Part shown: one piece after another, positions 9,048-18,462 of the stretch
How the letters are laid out: every line of letters starts with the position of its first letter
Position numbering within the stretch: the first letter of the stretch is position 1
From: Patescibacteria group bacterium
GTDB lineage: Bacteria > Patescibacteriota > Microgenomatia > UBA1400 > MFAQ01
NCBI GenBank assembly: GCA_018819325.1
Contig: JAHJQJ010000083.1
Span: forward strand, 1,067-65,066
DNA: 64,000 nt
Direction: 5' to 3'
The notes under the pieces: generated by a model
What the model was told of the DNA's origin: nothing
Databases searched by the model: none
The model's input: only the letters and a program-made list of their open reading frames with translations
Program-made: the position numbers and the translations under genes

Positions 9048-10503
9048 GAGTGAGTTTGAAAATTTTTATGTGATCTATTTGCCAGTCTGCTACGGTGTCG
9101 GCCGGACCAAAAATGGCAATTTGCCAAGCAGGGTTACCTTCTGGTTGACAGTCTTGATCTTCACAAATCACGAATAACTGATCTGAGATGCCATCCTCCC
9201 CCCTTATCATTTCTGCCTTTTTATTTTCTAAGAAATACCTATATGATTCGTCGTAGTTTTGTTTGGCAATTAGGCCGAAGTTGAATGGTTCCCCAGCTGA
9301 TTCTTTTATTACTAGGTCAATTACATCTTTAGTTCTTTGAAGCTGATTGTTTGGGGTTTGTTTAAGAGGGGATCTGTTAATGTTAACAATAACTAACCAA
9401 GAAAATAAAGCTATGCTCAAGAATTTATGAGCGTATGTACCTTGGAATAATCGGCTAATTACCCAACCAATCAGTATAAAAATTGCTGGCCAAAAGAAAC
9501 CAAAATAGTGAGCGTAAATAGGATGTTTGTACATACTAAGACCTAAAACGGCAAAACCTATCCAGGTAAACAAGATAATTGCGGGGGCTTTTTTCTTTTC
9601 TTTGGCAAAAGCCCAAAGACCAAGTAGAAAAACCGAAAAAGATATCAAGACAACATTTTCTTCTATTTGTCCAAGCAGTAGATCGGCGGTTATTTTGTTC
9701 CAGACAGGAAATAATCGGTCAGGATTGACTGGATTTAGATTTACGGTGGTCTGTTGAGTGGTGAAAAATGTTTTAAAAGCGTTGTAGTTTAACCCATTAT
9801 GTTTTAGATCGAATAATACCAAGGGACTCATTAAAAATAGAAAAATTACTAAGGATTTTAAACTGGTGGCCAGAAACTGTTTCTTTTTTATTGATAAAAG
9901 CCAGAAGGCTGCTAGAGTTGGAATTAACAATAACCCTAGGTAGTGCATTTGCAAAGCAAAGGCAAAAGATATGGCACTTAAGATTAACCAGCGGCGGTTT
10001 TTACCCTGCCAAACTTGATATATGCTAAAAATACTTAATAGGGCAAAAAGGGGCATAGGATTTGGATTCCATGAAGAACGCGAATAAATTATAGCCACTG
10101 GAGAAATGGCCATAAGAAAAGCGGCTACCAGACCAGAGAGTGGGTTGAACCATGTGCGGGCTACCCACCAAGTTAAACCAATGGTAAGGGCACCAATAAT
10201 GGCATTCAAAACTGCTGGGCCAACTGGATTTAAACCTGATAAGAAAAGGGCGGGGGTCATTAGATAATAGTACAAAGGACCTAAGTACATATTACCGATG
10301 CTGGTTTGCGGGCCAATAAAAGCCAGATTGCCTTTTAGAATATCTCTTACCACCCTAACATCCCTGCCTTCATCGCCTAAAAAAGTGAGATATTCATCGA
10401 TACGATAGAGACGAAGCAAGAGAGCCGCAAAAACGATAACTGTTAAGGCGATTATCTCTAGGCGATTTTTTTGAATAAATTGCTTAATTTTTTTACAACA
10501 CAT
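9037..10503 (-). CDS. GT-C fold membrane glycosyltransferase (ArnT/PMT-like)
   Basis: FLGDEGRDVRVVRDIL motif, polytopic. Confidence 0.55.
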   Translation of the reverse strand: MCCKKIKQFIQKNRLEIIALTVIVFAALLLRLYRIDEYLTFLGDEGRDVRVVRDILKGNLAFIGPQTSIGNMYLGPLYYYLMTPALFLSGLNPVGPAVLNAIIGALTIGLTWWVARTWFNPLSGLVAAFLMAISPVAIIYSRSSWNPNPMPLFALLSIFSIYQVWQGKNRRWLILSAISFAFALQMHYLGLLLIPTLAAFWLLSIKKKQFLATSLKSLVIFLFLMSPLVLFDLKHNGLNYNAFKTFFTTQQTTVNLNPVNPDRLFPVWNKITADLLLGQIEENVVLISFSVFLLGLWAFAKEKKKAPAIILFTWIGFAVLGLSMYKHPIYAHYFGFFWPAIFILIGWVISRLFQGTYAHKFLSIALFSWLVIVNINRSPLKQTPNNQLQRTKDVIDLVIKESAGEPFNFGLIAKQNYDESYRYFLENKKAEMIRGEDGISDQLFVICEDQDCQPEGNPAWQIAIFGPADTVADWQIDHIKIFKLTHAK

Positions 10504-10504
10504 G

Positions 10505-11206
10505 TTATTTTAGGGCCCACCAGAGCTGGAGAGTTTCTTTTACGGCTTTAGAAATTACCTTTAAATTGCCACCGGTGGACTTGCCTGTAGTTCTTGGGTA
10601 ATGGCCTACCGGAACTTCTTTGAACTTATATCCGGCTCTTTTGGCGCGGATCAAAAACTCTGTTTCGGTAATGGCTGACTCTGTTTTTAATTTGGGCAAC
10701 CTATCTACCACTTCTTTCTTTATTAACTTGAAACCACAGTCGGCGTCTTTGACCCAGAATTTGAACCAAAATAAATTCCAAAGTTTTAAAAGATAGGCTG
10801 TGCCAATTCTTAAACCAGAGTCAGCTCTGTTTTGCCTGTAGCCAATAACCAAATCGTAATCATTAATGTATTTAATAAACTTGCCAATTTCTGCAAAGTC
10901 AAACTGGCCATCGGCGTCTATGAAGGAAATGTATTTATATTTTGACCCGTAGAGACCGGTTTTTAAGGCGCCGCCATAACCCTTGTTAGGGTTGTGGGTG
11001 ATCATTCTTACTACGTTTGGATTTTTTTTAATTATCTGGTTAACTACTTCTTCTGTTCTGTCTGTTGAACCATCATTGACCACCAAAATTTCGTATTTTT
11101 TAGCCACTTTCCTTAGAATTGCGTCTGACTTGATGATGGTTTGACTGATTACTTTCTCTTCGTTGTAGGCAGGGAGGAACAAGGAAAGTTCTGAAAGCTT
11201 CTTCAT
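10505..11206 (-). CDS. GT2 glycosyltransferase (Dpm1-like)
   Basis: LSLFLPAYNEEKVI...VNDGSTDRT...DADGQ. Confidence 0.8.
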   Translation of the reverse strand: MKKLSELSLFLPAYNEEKVISQTIIKSDAILRKVAKKYEILVVNDGSTDRTEEVVNQIIKKNPNVVRMITHNPNKGYGGALKTGLYGSKYKYISFIDADGQFDFAEIGKFIKYINDYDLVIGYRQNRADSGLRIGTAYLLKLWNLFWFKFWVKDADCGFKLIKKEVVDRLPKLKTESAITETEFLIRAKRAGYKFKEVPVGHYPRTTGKSTGGNLKVISKAVKETLQLWWALK

Positions 11207-11230
11207 TATTTTTTAAGTATACTATAGATA

Positions 11231-12367
11231 ATGAAGAAACTGGTTAATAAATGGGTGCTGGTTGGTTTAGCGGTTTTTTCTGTTTTTTTGGTGTGGTTAC
11301 CATTTTATTTACGGCTAGATAACTTTTGGGGGCTTAATTTAAGTGAAGGGCCACTTGTTTTATGGAAGAATTTTGACGGGCCAAATTATTTAATTATTGC
11401 TAAGACTTGGTACAACAAAACGGCTATTGCTGCTGATTTTTCTTCTCCTTTACCTTTGGAATACTACCCAGCTCACTGGCCTTTGTATCCAGCAATAATC
11501 TTCTTGTTTGATCTTTTCTTACCAGGTCCTTGGGCCATGCTTTTTGCCAGTCTTTTAGGAGTGGCGATCTTTTACTTGGTGTTATATAAATTTTTAGTTC
11601 ATTTTGGGGTCAAACCCAAACAGGCTTTTTGCTTGGGGGTGGTTAGTTTAGTTTTACCGGCTAGATGGATTGCCTTGCGTTCGACAGGTTCACTCGAGGG
11701 CTGGTTTATGGCCTTTATTTTGCTATCGTTAATGGCTTACAAAAATAAAAAATACTGGCAGGCTGGATTGTGGGGGGCCTTGGCACAACTAACCAAGAGC
11801 CCAGCAATTTTATTGTTTGCCTCGTTTGGACTGTATGAGCTGTTGCAGGTTATAAAAAACCAAACGAGAGTCGCGATCGCGACTGTGAATTGGTTGAAGA
11901 CCAGCTTGATTCCCCTGACGGTATTGTTGGTTTTTGGTTTTTATTGGTTACGGACTGGTAATTTTTGGGCATATTTAAATAGTGGTGATAATTTTCATTT
12001 GTTTTGGCCACCGTTTTCTATATTTGGTAAGGGTGGAGCTTGGGTGGGAGATTTTTGGCTAGAGGAAATTATCTGGCTTTGGTTAATTTATGGCGTGGGG
12101 ACAGCCAAACTTTGGTTAAAAAATGAAAAATTACTGGCTGGGTTTGCAGGCATATTTTTTGCGTCTACTTTGTTTGTTTCACATAGAGACTTGGCCCGTT
12201 ACATTATCCCCATATTCCCGCTAATGCTTTTAGGCTACAAAGATGTGCTGGCTAAAAGGGAGTTTAAATGGGCCTTAGCCATAGTCGTTATTCCCGCTTT
12301 TCTATTTGCTCTTAATTTTATTTTGAACAATATGGCCCCAGTCGCCGATTGGGCACCGTATTTATAA
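11231..12367 (+). CDS. Polytopic membrane protein, possible GT-C-like glycosyltransferase
   Basis: 378 aa, Trp-rich TM protein sitting in the glycosylation locus; no defining motif recognised. Confidence 0.4.
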   Translation: MKKLVNKWVLVGLAVFSVFLVWLPFYLRLDNFWGLNLSEGPLVLWKNFDGPNYLIIAKTWYNKTAIAADFSSPLPLEYYPAHWPLYPAIIFLFDLFLPGPWAMLFASLLGVAIFYLVLYKFLVHFGVKPKQAFCLGVVSLVLPARWIALRSTGSLEGWFMAFILLSLMAYKNKKYWQAGLWGALAQLTKSPAILLFASFGLYELLQVIKNQTRVAIATVNWLKTSLIPLTVLLVFGFYWLRTGNFWAYLNSGDNFHLFWPPFSIFGKGGAWVGDFWLEEIIWLWLIYGVGTAKLWLKNEKLLAGFAGIFFASTLFVSHRDLARYIIPIFPLMLLGYKDVLAKREFKWALAIVVIPAFLFALNFILNNMAPVADWAPYL

Positions 12368-12369
12368 AT

Positions 12370-13527
12370 TCATTTTTTCTTCCAGATGATTTTGTTGTAC
12401 ATGATCCAGTTGTAGGGGAGGACGAGGAAAAGGATTATGAATGGGAGGAGTAATTGGCGATACTGGGCACCAAATACACTGACACCGATGGTGCCGACTA
12501 CAGTTTGAATAATTAAAGCGCCAGCTGAAGTGAAGTTGAACTGGAGGAACTTTTTAGTGAGGGCGGACAAGCCTTTGATTTTATCTGACTTGAAGGTCCA
12601 GATATTATTTAGAGTGAAGTTGGAGATGATGGCGGCTTCTGTGGAGACACCCCAAGCCATCCACTCTGGTTGACCTAGATTGGCAACTAACTGAAGTAAG
12701 GTAGCATTGACTAAGTAACCGATGAAACCTACCGTACCAAACTTTAAGAATTTTTTTACAAAAGGATCGTCATATAATCTTACGTGCAAAACTGTTTTTA
12801 GAGTGTCTGCAGCGGTTTTAGGTTCAATTTTTGACTCACCTACCGTGCGAAGGCCAAACTGTAGGGGAATTTCTTTTATTTTGGCTCCAAGTAAGACCAT
12901 TTTGAACAAAAACTCTAATTTGTAGGCGAAGCTTTTGGTGTAGAGATTGTCCATGTCCATTTTGTTTACAAAACCCTTGACTCTACTGGCCTTAAGACCG
13001 GTGGTGGGGTCGGTGATTTTGAAGAAGTTCTTGAAAGGGAAGAAGAGGATAAAACGGGCCGTAAAACCACCTACTTCTGAGAAGAAAACTCTTTTGAATC
13101 CCCAACCTTTGGGATTACTGCCACCTTTGATTTTTCTGGAACCCAAAACGTAGTCTGCGCCGTTTTCGATTTCTTTTAACATGGCGGGGATAGTTTCTGG
13201 TGGGTGTTGGAAATCGCTATCGAACTCTATGATTGTGTCTGCGTCTAATTTATTCATGGCTTCCTTGAAGCCCTTAACGTAAGCGTTACCTATACCGGCT
13301 TTTTCTTTGTTTAATAGTAAATAAAGGTCTTTGTATTTCTTTTGTTTTTCTTGAACTACTTTGTAGGTGCCGTCGGGTGAGGTGTCGTCGACTACCAATA
13401 ATTTACAGTGCCAGTTTTTTATTTGGGGAAAGGTTTTCTTAAATAGGTGATCAATCATCTTGCCGATTGAATCGACTTCGTTATATGTGGGGATGACTAC
13501 TACGGCGGTTTGTTTTTTGTTGTTCAT
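12370..13527 (-). CDS. GT2 Dpm1-like synthase fused to a C-terminal GtrA-like membrane domain
   Basis: VVVIPTYNEVDSI...VVDDTSPDGT...FDSDFQHPPE plus a C-terminal 4-TM GtrA-like tail; start at MNNKKQ. Confidence 0.75.
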   Translation of the reverse strand: MNNKKQTAVVVIPTYNEVDSIGKMIDHLFKKTFPQIKNWHCKLLVVDDTSPDGTYKVVQEKQKKYKDLYLLLNKEKAGIGNAYVKGFKEAMNKLDADTIIEFDSDFQHPPETIPAMLKEIENGADYVLGSRKIKGGSNPKGWGFKRVFFSEVGGFTARFILFFPFKNFFKITDPTTGLKASRVKGFVNKMDMDNLYTKSFAYKLEFLFKMVLLGAKIKEIPLQFGLRTVGESKIEPKTAADTLKTVLHVRLYDDPFVKKFLKFGTVGFIGYLVNATLLQLVANLGQPEWMAWGVSTEAAIISNFTLNNIWTFKSDKIKGLSALTKKFLQFNFTSAGALIIQTVVGTIGVSVFGAQYRQLLLPFIILFLVLPYNWIMYNKIIWKKK

Positions 13528-13738
13528 GGAGTAAGTATAGCATTTGGATATAGTTTGGTGCACCGACCATCTTGTTCAAACCAAGTTAAATCTAGTGGAA
13601 GGTTCTCACATAGCTTGGTTCCCAGATATGACAGGGTTTCTTTCATTTGATTGATTAAGGTTGATAACTGAATTGTATTATAAACTGTGGTGATCTGGGT
13701 GAGCGTGGTGCAACGACCCCCTGAGTAAATCTGGGTAT

Positions 13739-14317
13739 CTATTTTAAATAAACAGCATAAGGAGCTTTTAACTTACTGCTTGCAATTATATCTCGATATC
13801 TTGATTTCATACCTTGGCTATTTTTTTTAACTACACAAACAGTAGACGCTCCTTGTGATGTTTTTACAGATCTAGAATCATCGAAAAAATCCGAATATTG
13901 CCACAGATCAATCTTTATATTTTTAACAACACCAATCTCATCCAAAACAAGCCCTGTTGTATTGCTGTCTACTTTTCCGGTTACCTTAATTTCCTTAGGA
14001 ACATTTAACCAATTAACATTATCGTCAGAAAACTGTTGTGCTTTTGATATTGTTTTGGTTGGTTGGGCACCGCCTTTTTGAGATGGGGCAATAAAAAGAC
14101 AATAAATTTCTTGTGAATTACTAAGGGCAGTTTGACAGATTTGCTGAATTTGTCCTGTTTTAGCACGAAAAGACTTGATCAACCAAAATGTTTTCCCAGT
14201 GTTATTAATCTCTTGTCGTTTTCTATCGAGGATGCCAAAAAGTGTTTCTCCTGCGTGAACTCCCACCACACTTAAAACGAGAAATTTATTGTTTAGGATT
14301 TTTGAGATGTTCATCAC
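13739..14317 (-). CDS. Hypothetical protein (last ORF of the cassette-like array)
   Basis: 192 aa with no recognised domain; followed at 13699-13718 by a partial copy of the tail motif seen in other cassettes. Confidence 0.4.
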   Translation of the reverse strand: MMNISKILNNKFLVLSVVGVHAGETLFGILDRKRQEINNTGKTFWLIKSFRAKTGQIQQICQTALSNSQEIYCLFIAPSQKGGAQPTKTISKAQQFSDDNVNWLNVPKEIKVTGKVDSNTTGLVLDEIGVVKNIKIDLWQYSDFFDDSRSVKTSQGASTVCVVKKNSQGMKSRYRDIIASSKLKAPYAVYLK

Positions 14318-14343
14318 GATAGAATAGATACTCAGATTTATTT

Positions 14344-14439
14344 CGCCTAACGTTTCGGACTATACGAAGTCCTGATTCTGATTTTATCAGGATTTGGGTT
14401 AAATTTCTTCAAAATTTACCGTATAGTCCGTGTTAGGCG
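14344..14439. repeat. attC-like imperfect palindrome A (CGCCTAAC-GTTT-CGGACTATACG ... CGTATAGTCCG-T-GTTAGGCG)
   Basis: Ends match the integron inverse-core GCCTAAC and core GTTAGGC exactly; 11-bp inner stem; lies 9 nt after the stop of the upstream ORF. Confidence 0.5.
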
Positions 14440-14447
14440 ATGGAAAT

Positions 14448-14726
14448 TTATTCCGCTATACAAATTCTAAAAGTTCCCCAGCCAGTATAGCTTGAGGGGC
14501 GACCTCCAAGCTTACGGCATTCTTCATCATCTTCAACACCTTGATAAATCTTGACCATATATTTCTCTCTAGGCCCAGGACAATAGTCGCTACAAGCAAA
14601 GTGGTCAACAATAGGAGGTTTTTCTATGTCAGTCACCTCTGAACTTTTTGGAACCTTTGATAGAAATACAAAAGCCAAGACGACAATGATTGTTGCTGTG
14701 ATTGTTAAAACAATTAGTTTTTTCAT
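14448..14726 (-). CDS. Small secreted/membrane-anchored Cys-containing protein (cassette ORF)
   Basis: MKKLIVLTITATIIVVLAFVFL signal/TM region then CSDYCPGP...C...C. The longer ORF reaching 14906 is an artefact that reads through the palindrome. Confidence 0.4.
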   Translation of the reverse strand: MKKLIVLTITATIIVVLAFVFLSKVPKSSEVTDIEKPPIVDHFACSDYCPGPREKYMVKIYQGVEDDEECRKLGGRPSSYTGWGTFRICIAE

Positions 14727-14755
14727 AAATTCATTATAAAGGAATAAATTTATTT

Positions 14756-14857
14756 CACATAACGTTTGGGATATACGAAGTTTTTCTGTAGCGTAGTGAA
14801 AGAAAAATTTGGGTGAGGGGCGAGCCGAGCCCCGAACCGTATATCCCTTGTTATACG
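14756..14857. repeat. attC-like imperfect palindrome B (CACATAACGTTT-GGGATATACG ... CGTATATCCC-TT-GTTATACG)
   Basis: Same architecture as A, but the inner stem has a different sequence and still pairs. Confidence 0.45.
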
Positions 14858-14894
14858 CCCAGAACGAAAAGCGATATGATTTCTTATCGCTTAA

Positions 14895-14932
14895 GTGAAA
14901 GTACAACGGGGCGCGACCAAAGGGAGCGAGTT
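14895..14932. repeat. Conserved 38-nt tail motif GTGAAAGTACAACGGGGCGCGACCAAAGGGAGCGAGTT (a second copy is at 17431-17468)
   Basis: Two near-identical copies, each adjacent to an attC-like element. Confidence 0.5.
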
Positions 14933-14992
14933 CAAAAAATATTTTTCAACCTTCACTCTCTTAAGTCTCTCTGGGATAAATTTGTTTTCTCT

Positions 14993-15041
14993 TTTGGGCG
15001 AATGGCAGAGGGGAACCAAAGGGGTGAATGCCTGAGCCCAA
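14993..15041. repeat. Conserved structured motif TTTTGGGCGAAKGGCAGAGGGGAAYYAAAGGGGTGAATGCC (copy 1; copy 2 is at 16179-16231)
   Basis: Two copies, each about 30-110 nt downstream of a cassette ORF stop; nested stems GGGC/GCCC and GGCA/UGCC. Confidence 0.45.
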
Positions 15042-15084
15042 TTCATCTATCGCACTGTCTTTATTTTCAGCTTGGTTGTGTACC

Positions 15085-15882
15085 CTAATTATTACAAAAA
15101 TTGTTTTCAATTGGCTGTTTGATTTCTTTAACAAAGCCACCTGAGTTACCGTCATACCAAAGTTCGTAATAAGGTTGTGACGCCTTATCAGACGATGTAT
15201 CAGTCATTCTGACTTTTAATATAGCTTGATTAGTTTGAATTTCCCAGCCAAAACTTTTATCCCATGAGGTAGATGTGATTCCGTACACTTTTTTAGCAAG
15301 ACAGGGATAGTTTTGTATAGTATATACTCCGGCCTTCTCTTTTAAGAATTCATGATAAGCTATTTTGCTTAGGGTTTTGTAGGAATTTACCTTTATTGCA
15401 GTGGTTGGACCTTGGTAATTCATATCGTCATATTTAGATTTTGGTAAAGTAGTTTTTTCACCAATTACTTGAATGATTAAACCAGAATGACCATCCTCAA
15501 TATTGCCGAGCAAAGGAGTGTAGGATTTCATCTCAGAGTCCCAAAGTTTGTATCTTGGGCCACAACCTTCTGGGATCATGCAATTAGAAACAGTTGTAAA
15601 TATTCCGTAATAAACTTCTCCTGTAACATCGCGATTAACAGCTCCCGAAGATGGTAGTGGGGTTGGTTGTTGATTTTCTAGTGGTTGTTTTACTTGGTAG
15701 GATTTGTATCCTAATACTCCTGTTACACTGATAAGTAGAACAACAAGAGAGATTAATGTCCAAGGTTTTTTCTTAGGAGATGTGGGTTGCTGTGGTGGGG
15801 TTTGTGGTTCTATGGGAGTAGTAGTTGATTGAGGATCAGTAGTTATGGGGATTTGGTCTACTGTTGATTCGTTTGCTTGCAT
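15085..15882 (-). CDS. Membrane-anchored hypothetical protein (Pro/Thr-rich N-terminus, one TM) - cassette ORF
   Basis: 265 aa with no known domain. Confidence 0.45.
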   Translation of the reverse strand: MQANESTVDQIPITTDPQSTTTPIEPQTPPQQPTSPKKKPWTLISLVVLLISVTGVLGYKSYQVKQPLENQQPTPLPSSGAVNRDVTGEVYYGIFTTVSNCMIPEGCGPRYKLWDSEMKSYTPLLGNIEDGHSGLIIQVIGEKTTLPKSKYDDMNYQGPTTAIKVNSYKTLSKIAYHEFLKEKAGVYTIQNYPCLAKKVYGITSTSWDKSFGWEIQTNQAILKVRMTDTSSDKASQPYYELWYDGNSGGFVKEIKQPIENNFCNN

Positions 15883-15982
15883 GTTGTGATAATTGTAGCA
15901 CTTATTTGATTCCCTCTATAGATAACAAATTTGCTTCCCCCTGCTATCAACCTTCACTGGTTGAAAAATATTTTTTGAATTG

Positions 15983-16110
15983 CGTACAACGTTTCTGCGT
16001 ATGCGATGTTTGCCACTGCTATAATATCGCGAAGCGGTAGCAGTGGCAAATATGGGCGTAGGCTTGCGGAGGTACGGAGCAAGCTGTAGCCGCATACGCT
16101 GTGTTATATG
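15983..16110. repeat. attC-like imperfect palindrome D (CGTACAACGTTT-CTGCGTATGCG ... CGCATACGC-T-GTGTTATATG)
   Basis: Same architecture as A-C. Confidence 0.45.
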
Positions 16111-16178
16111 ATGTACATGTTTTCCTTTAGTTTCTTGAAAAGAAACTGCTCTTAAAAAGAATCTGCTTTTATTTTTCC

Positions 16179-16231
16179 GTTTTGGGCGAAGGGCAGAGGG
16201 GAATTAAAGGGGTGAATGCCCGTAGTCCAAA
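16179..16231. repeat. Second copy of the GGGCGAAGGGCAGAGGGGAATTAAAGGGGTGAATGCC motif
   Basis: Direct comparison with 14993-15041. Confidence 0.45.
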
Positions 16232-16344
16232 ACTCCCTGTTCTGCCTTTCTATTTACAGTAAAGCTTCATTAGCCGATGAACAATGAGAGTCTTTTCATA
16301 TTGATTTAAAAAAATCAGCAGATGATTTATTCGCGTATATGACA

Positions 16345-17091
16345 TTAAACGATTTCACAATAACATGGATTAAAAATTTTAATATTTTCCTGCGGATAAC
16401 CTCTTGAATTACACACAATTTTTGTATCCCCAATTTTATAACTTAGCTTCGTATGAACATGTCCATGAATCCATAATTGGATATTGTGAGATAGAATAAA
16501 TTCTTCAAGATTGCTAGCAAATGATGCAGAAAGTACGTCGTTTTTATATTCACAACCAATGGATTGCATACTTGGAGCGTGATGGGTAATCACAACATTC
16601 TTTTCGTGTTTCCTTTTTAGCAATTCACGGGATAACCAATTTTTGGATTTATAGTAAGCGTCTGCCGCAGACAATGGTGAGAATTTTTTGGAAGCTGAAT
16701 TCATTCGAATAATTCTAAAATCATTTATCTGTTGGGTTGCTATAACACTTGCGACATGAAAATCTCCATAAAGTTTAAAATCTGTCCAAAGCGTACAGCC
16801 TAAAAAATTAACCCCATTATATGTAAATACGTCATTTTCAAGAATATGAATATTTGTATTTTTAGCTTGATTCCGAATTTCTTCTAAAATATCTGGATAC
16901 GTATGATGGTAATATTCGTGATTTCCAATGATATACAAGACAGGGACACCAACATCCTGTCTTGTAATCCAATCAATGCCCTTTGCGCCTACATGAATAT
17001 CACCGGCTAATATCAATATATCCGCATCAGTTTTAGGGATTTTGAATTCTTCAAATTCGTTGTGAATATCACTGAGAATGTGGATTTTCAT
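16345..17091 (-). CDS. Metallophosphoesterase (calcineurin-like) - cassette ORF
   Basis: GDIH...GNHEY...ITHHAP...GHVH metal-ligand motifs. Confidence 0.75.
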   Translation of the reverse strand: MKIHILSDIHNEFEEFKIPKTDADILILAGDIHVGAKGIDWITRQDVGVPVLYIIGNHEYYHHTYPDILEEIRNQAKNTNIHILENDVFTYNGVNFLGCTLWTDFKLYGDFHVASVIATQQINDFRIIRMNSASKKFSPLSAADAYYKSKNWLSRELLKRKHEKNVVITHHAPSMQSIGCEYKNDVLSASFASNLEEFILSHNIQLWIHGHVHTKLSYKIGDTKIVCNSRGYPQENIKIFNPCYCEIV

Positions 17092-17278
17092 TTTATGGTG
17101 GTTAAATACTGGCAGTCAAGCCACTTAACACGAGGGCGACATAACAAATATTAAAATTAAAGCGTTTTCGCAACGGAGCGGAGAAAACTCCATATTTCCC
17201 CTCTATATAAAAGAAAAACAAAATCAGATTCTTTTTAAGAGCTGGGGCGATAGCCCCACAAAAGGAAAACATGTATTT

Positions 17279-17393
17279 CACATAACGTTTCTGTATATCT
17301 GATGTCGAAACGCTCTATGCTTGATTTTAGCAGAGCGTGAACGATATGGGTCGAGGAGGTGCAACCGACGAGCCAGATATACAGTGTTATGTG
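17279..17393. repeat. attC-like imperfect palindrome C (CACATAAC-GTTT-CTGTATATCTG ... CAGATATACAG-T-GTTATGTG)
   Basis: 8-bp outer stem and 11-bp inner stem, both perfect; followed by the tail motif at 17431-17468. Confidence 0.5.
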
Positions 17394-17485
17394 TCCCGAA
17401 CAAGGTTGCTAGAATTTTTAAGCAACCGAAGTGAGAGTGCAACGTGGTGCGACCAAAGGGAGCAAGTTGAGTGATATTCTTGAGA

Positions 17486-18337
17486 TCAGGAAAAAAGCAA
17501 GAAAAAAAATACAATCCATGTAATAAAGTATGGAATTATGAATTTCTTTCTTTTTTCTTTCCACTCTAGAAACGCTGGTTTGGTTGCCTTGAACTTGCCA
17601 GGAACTTTTTGGACAATGAAGGTCTTGTAAAGTTCGACCAACATCCGTTCGCCACCCAAACTGGCAACCAATAGTAGCGAATAATTAAAAGTGAAAAAAG
17701 AAAAAATTATGCCCCAAATACCACTAGCGATTGGACTGCGGAAAAACTTGATTCGCTCGAAACCTTCGATGGGCGCATCCTTCCATGCCCCACCACTGGC
17801 GGAACCAACTAGCCCTGCGAAGAAACCCCAGAATAAACCATTAAGTTGGTGATTGCCGAAATCTATCGTTAAAATTGAGGGCATGGAAAAGAGAAGCGAG
17901 ATCAGGAAAAGAAAGGCGACACCGATGAATAGTCTCAGAGACTTATTATCTATTGTGTTGCCAAAAATGTGGAGTCGCGAAGGTATCTTATACTTATCCT
18001 GTTTTTCTTCTCTCACAAAAGCTTTGAATGACTCGGTGAATATACGCTCCAAAGTGACGATAACTGCAAAGACAACTCCTAAGTTGACGCCAGTAATTTG
18101 AAAATATTGAAAGAAGAAAAACAGCAAGATACCGAGCGATGACCCGGCAACAATACTTCTAATAAATCTCTGAGACTGGAAATGCTCATAGAGCGAATCC
18201 TTGTACGCCCCCCAGCATGATGAAAGCAGTCCACTGACTGCTCCGATAATTCCATACTTTATTAATTCCATAATGAAAGTATAGTTGATCGCTACCCAAA
18301 CAACTAGAAGAAATAGTGTAAAAAGAATATCACTCAA
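17486..18337 (-). CDS. Polytopic membrane protein with an internal domain duplication - cassette ORF
   Basis: Two repeats of a G(A/L)VSG...W(G)AYKD...RFIRS-like unit. Confidence 0.5.
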   Translation of the reverse strand: MSDILFTLFLLVVWVAINYTFIMELIKYGIIGAVSGLLSSCWGAYKDSLYEHFQSQRFIRSIVAGSSLGILLFFFFQYFQITGVNLGVVFAVIVTLERIFTESFKAFVREEKQDKYKIPSRLHIFGNTIDNKSLRLFIGVAFLFLISLLFSMPSILTIDFGNHQLNGLFWGFFAGLVGSASGGAWKDAPIEGFERIKFFRSPIASGIWGIIFSFFTFNYSLLLVASLGGERMLVELYKTFIVQKVPGKFKATKPAFLEWKEKRKKFIIPYFITWIVFFFLLFS

Positions 18338-18340
18338 TTA

Positions 18341-18431
18341 CACATAACGTATCCAGCATAAAAGAAGTTTTTGCGAAGCAAAAATTTGGGTGAGTGCCGT
18401 AAGGCACGAACCTTTTATGCTGTGTTATACG
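18341..18431. repeat. attC-like imperfect palindrome E (CACATAACGT-ATC-CAGCATAAAAG ... CTTTTATGCTG-T-GTTATACG)
   Basis: Lies 3 nt from the start of ORF 17486..18337; its loop shares AAAAATTTGGGTGAG-hairpin-GAACC with element B, with a compensating hairpin change. Confidence 0.5.
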
Positions 18432-18462
18432 CTGTTGGTCGCTAAATAAATTGATCATTGTT

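Noticed and set aside
14448-14906. The 152-aa ORF beginning MYFHLSDKKSYRF...
   Set aside because: Its first 60 codons are a read-through of attC-like palindrome B; the real gene starts at MKKLIVL (14726). Likewise, 17278..17514 only reads through element C and the tail motif.
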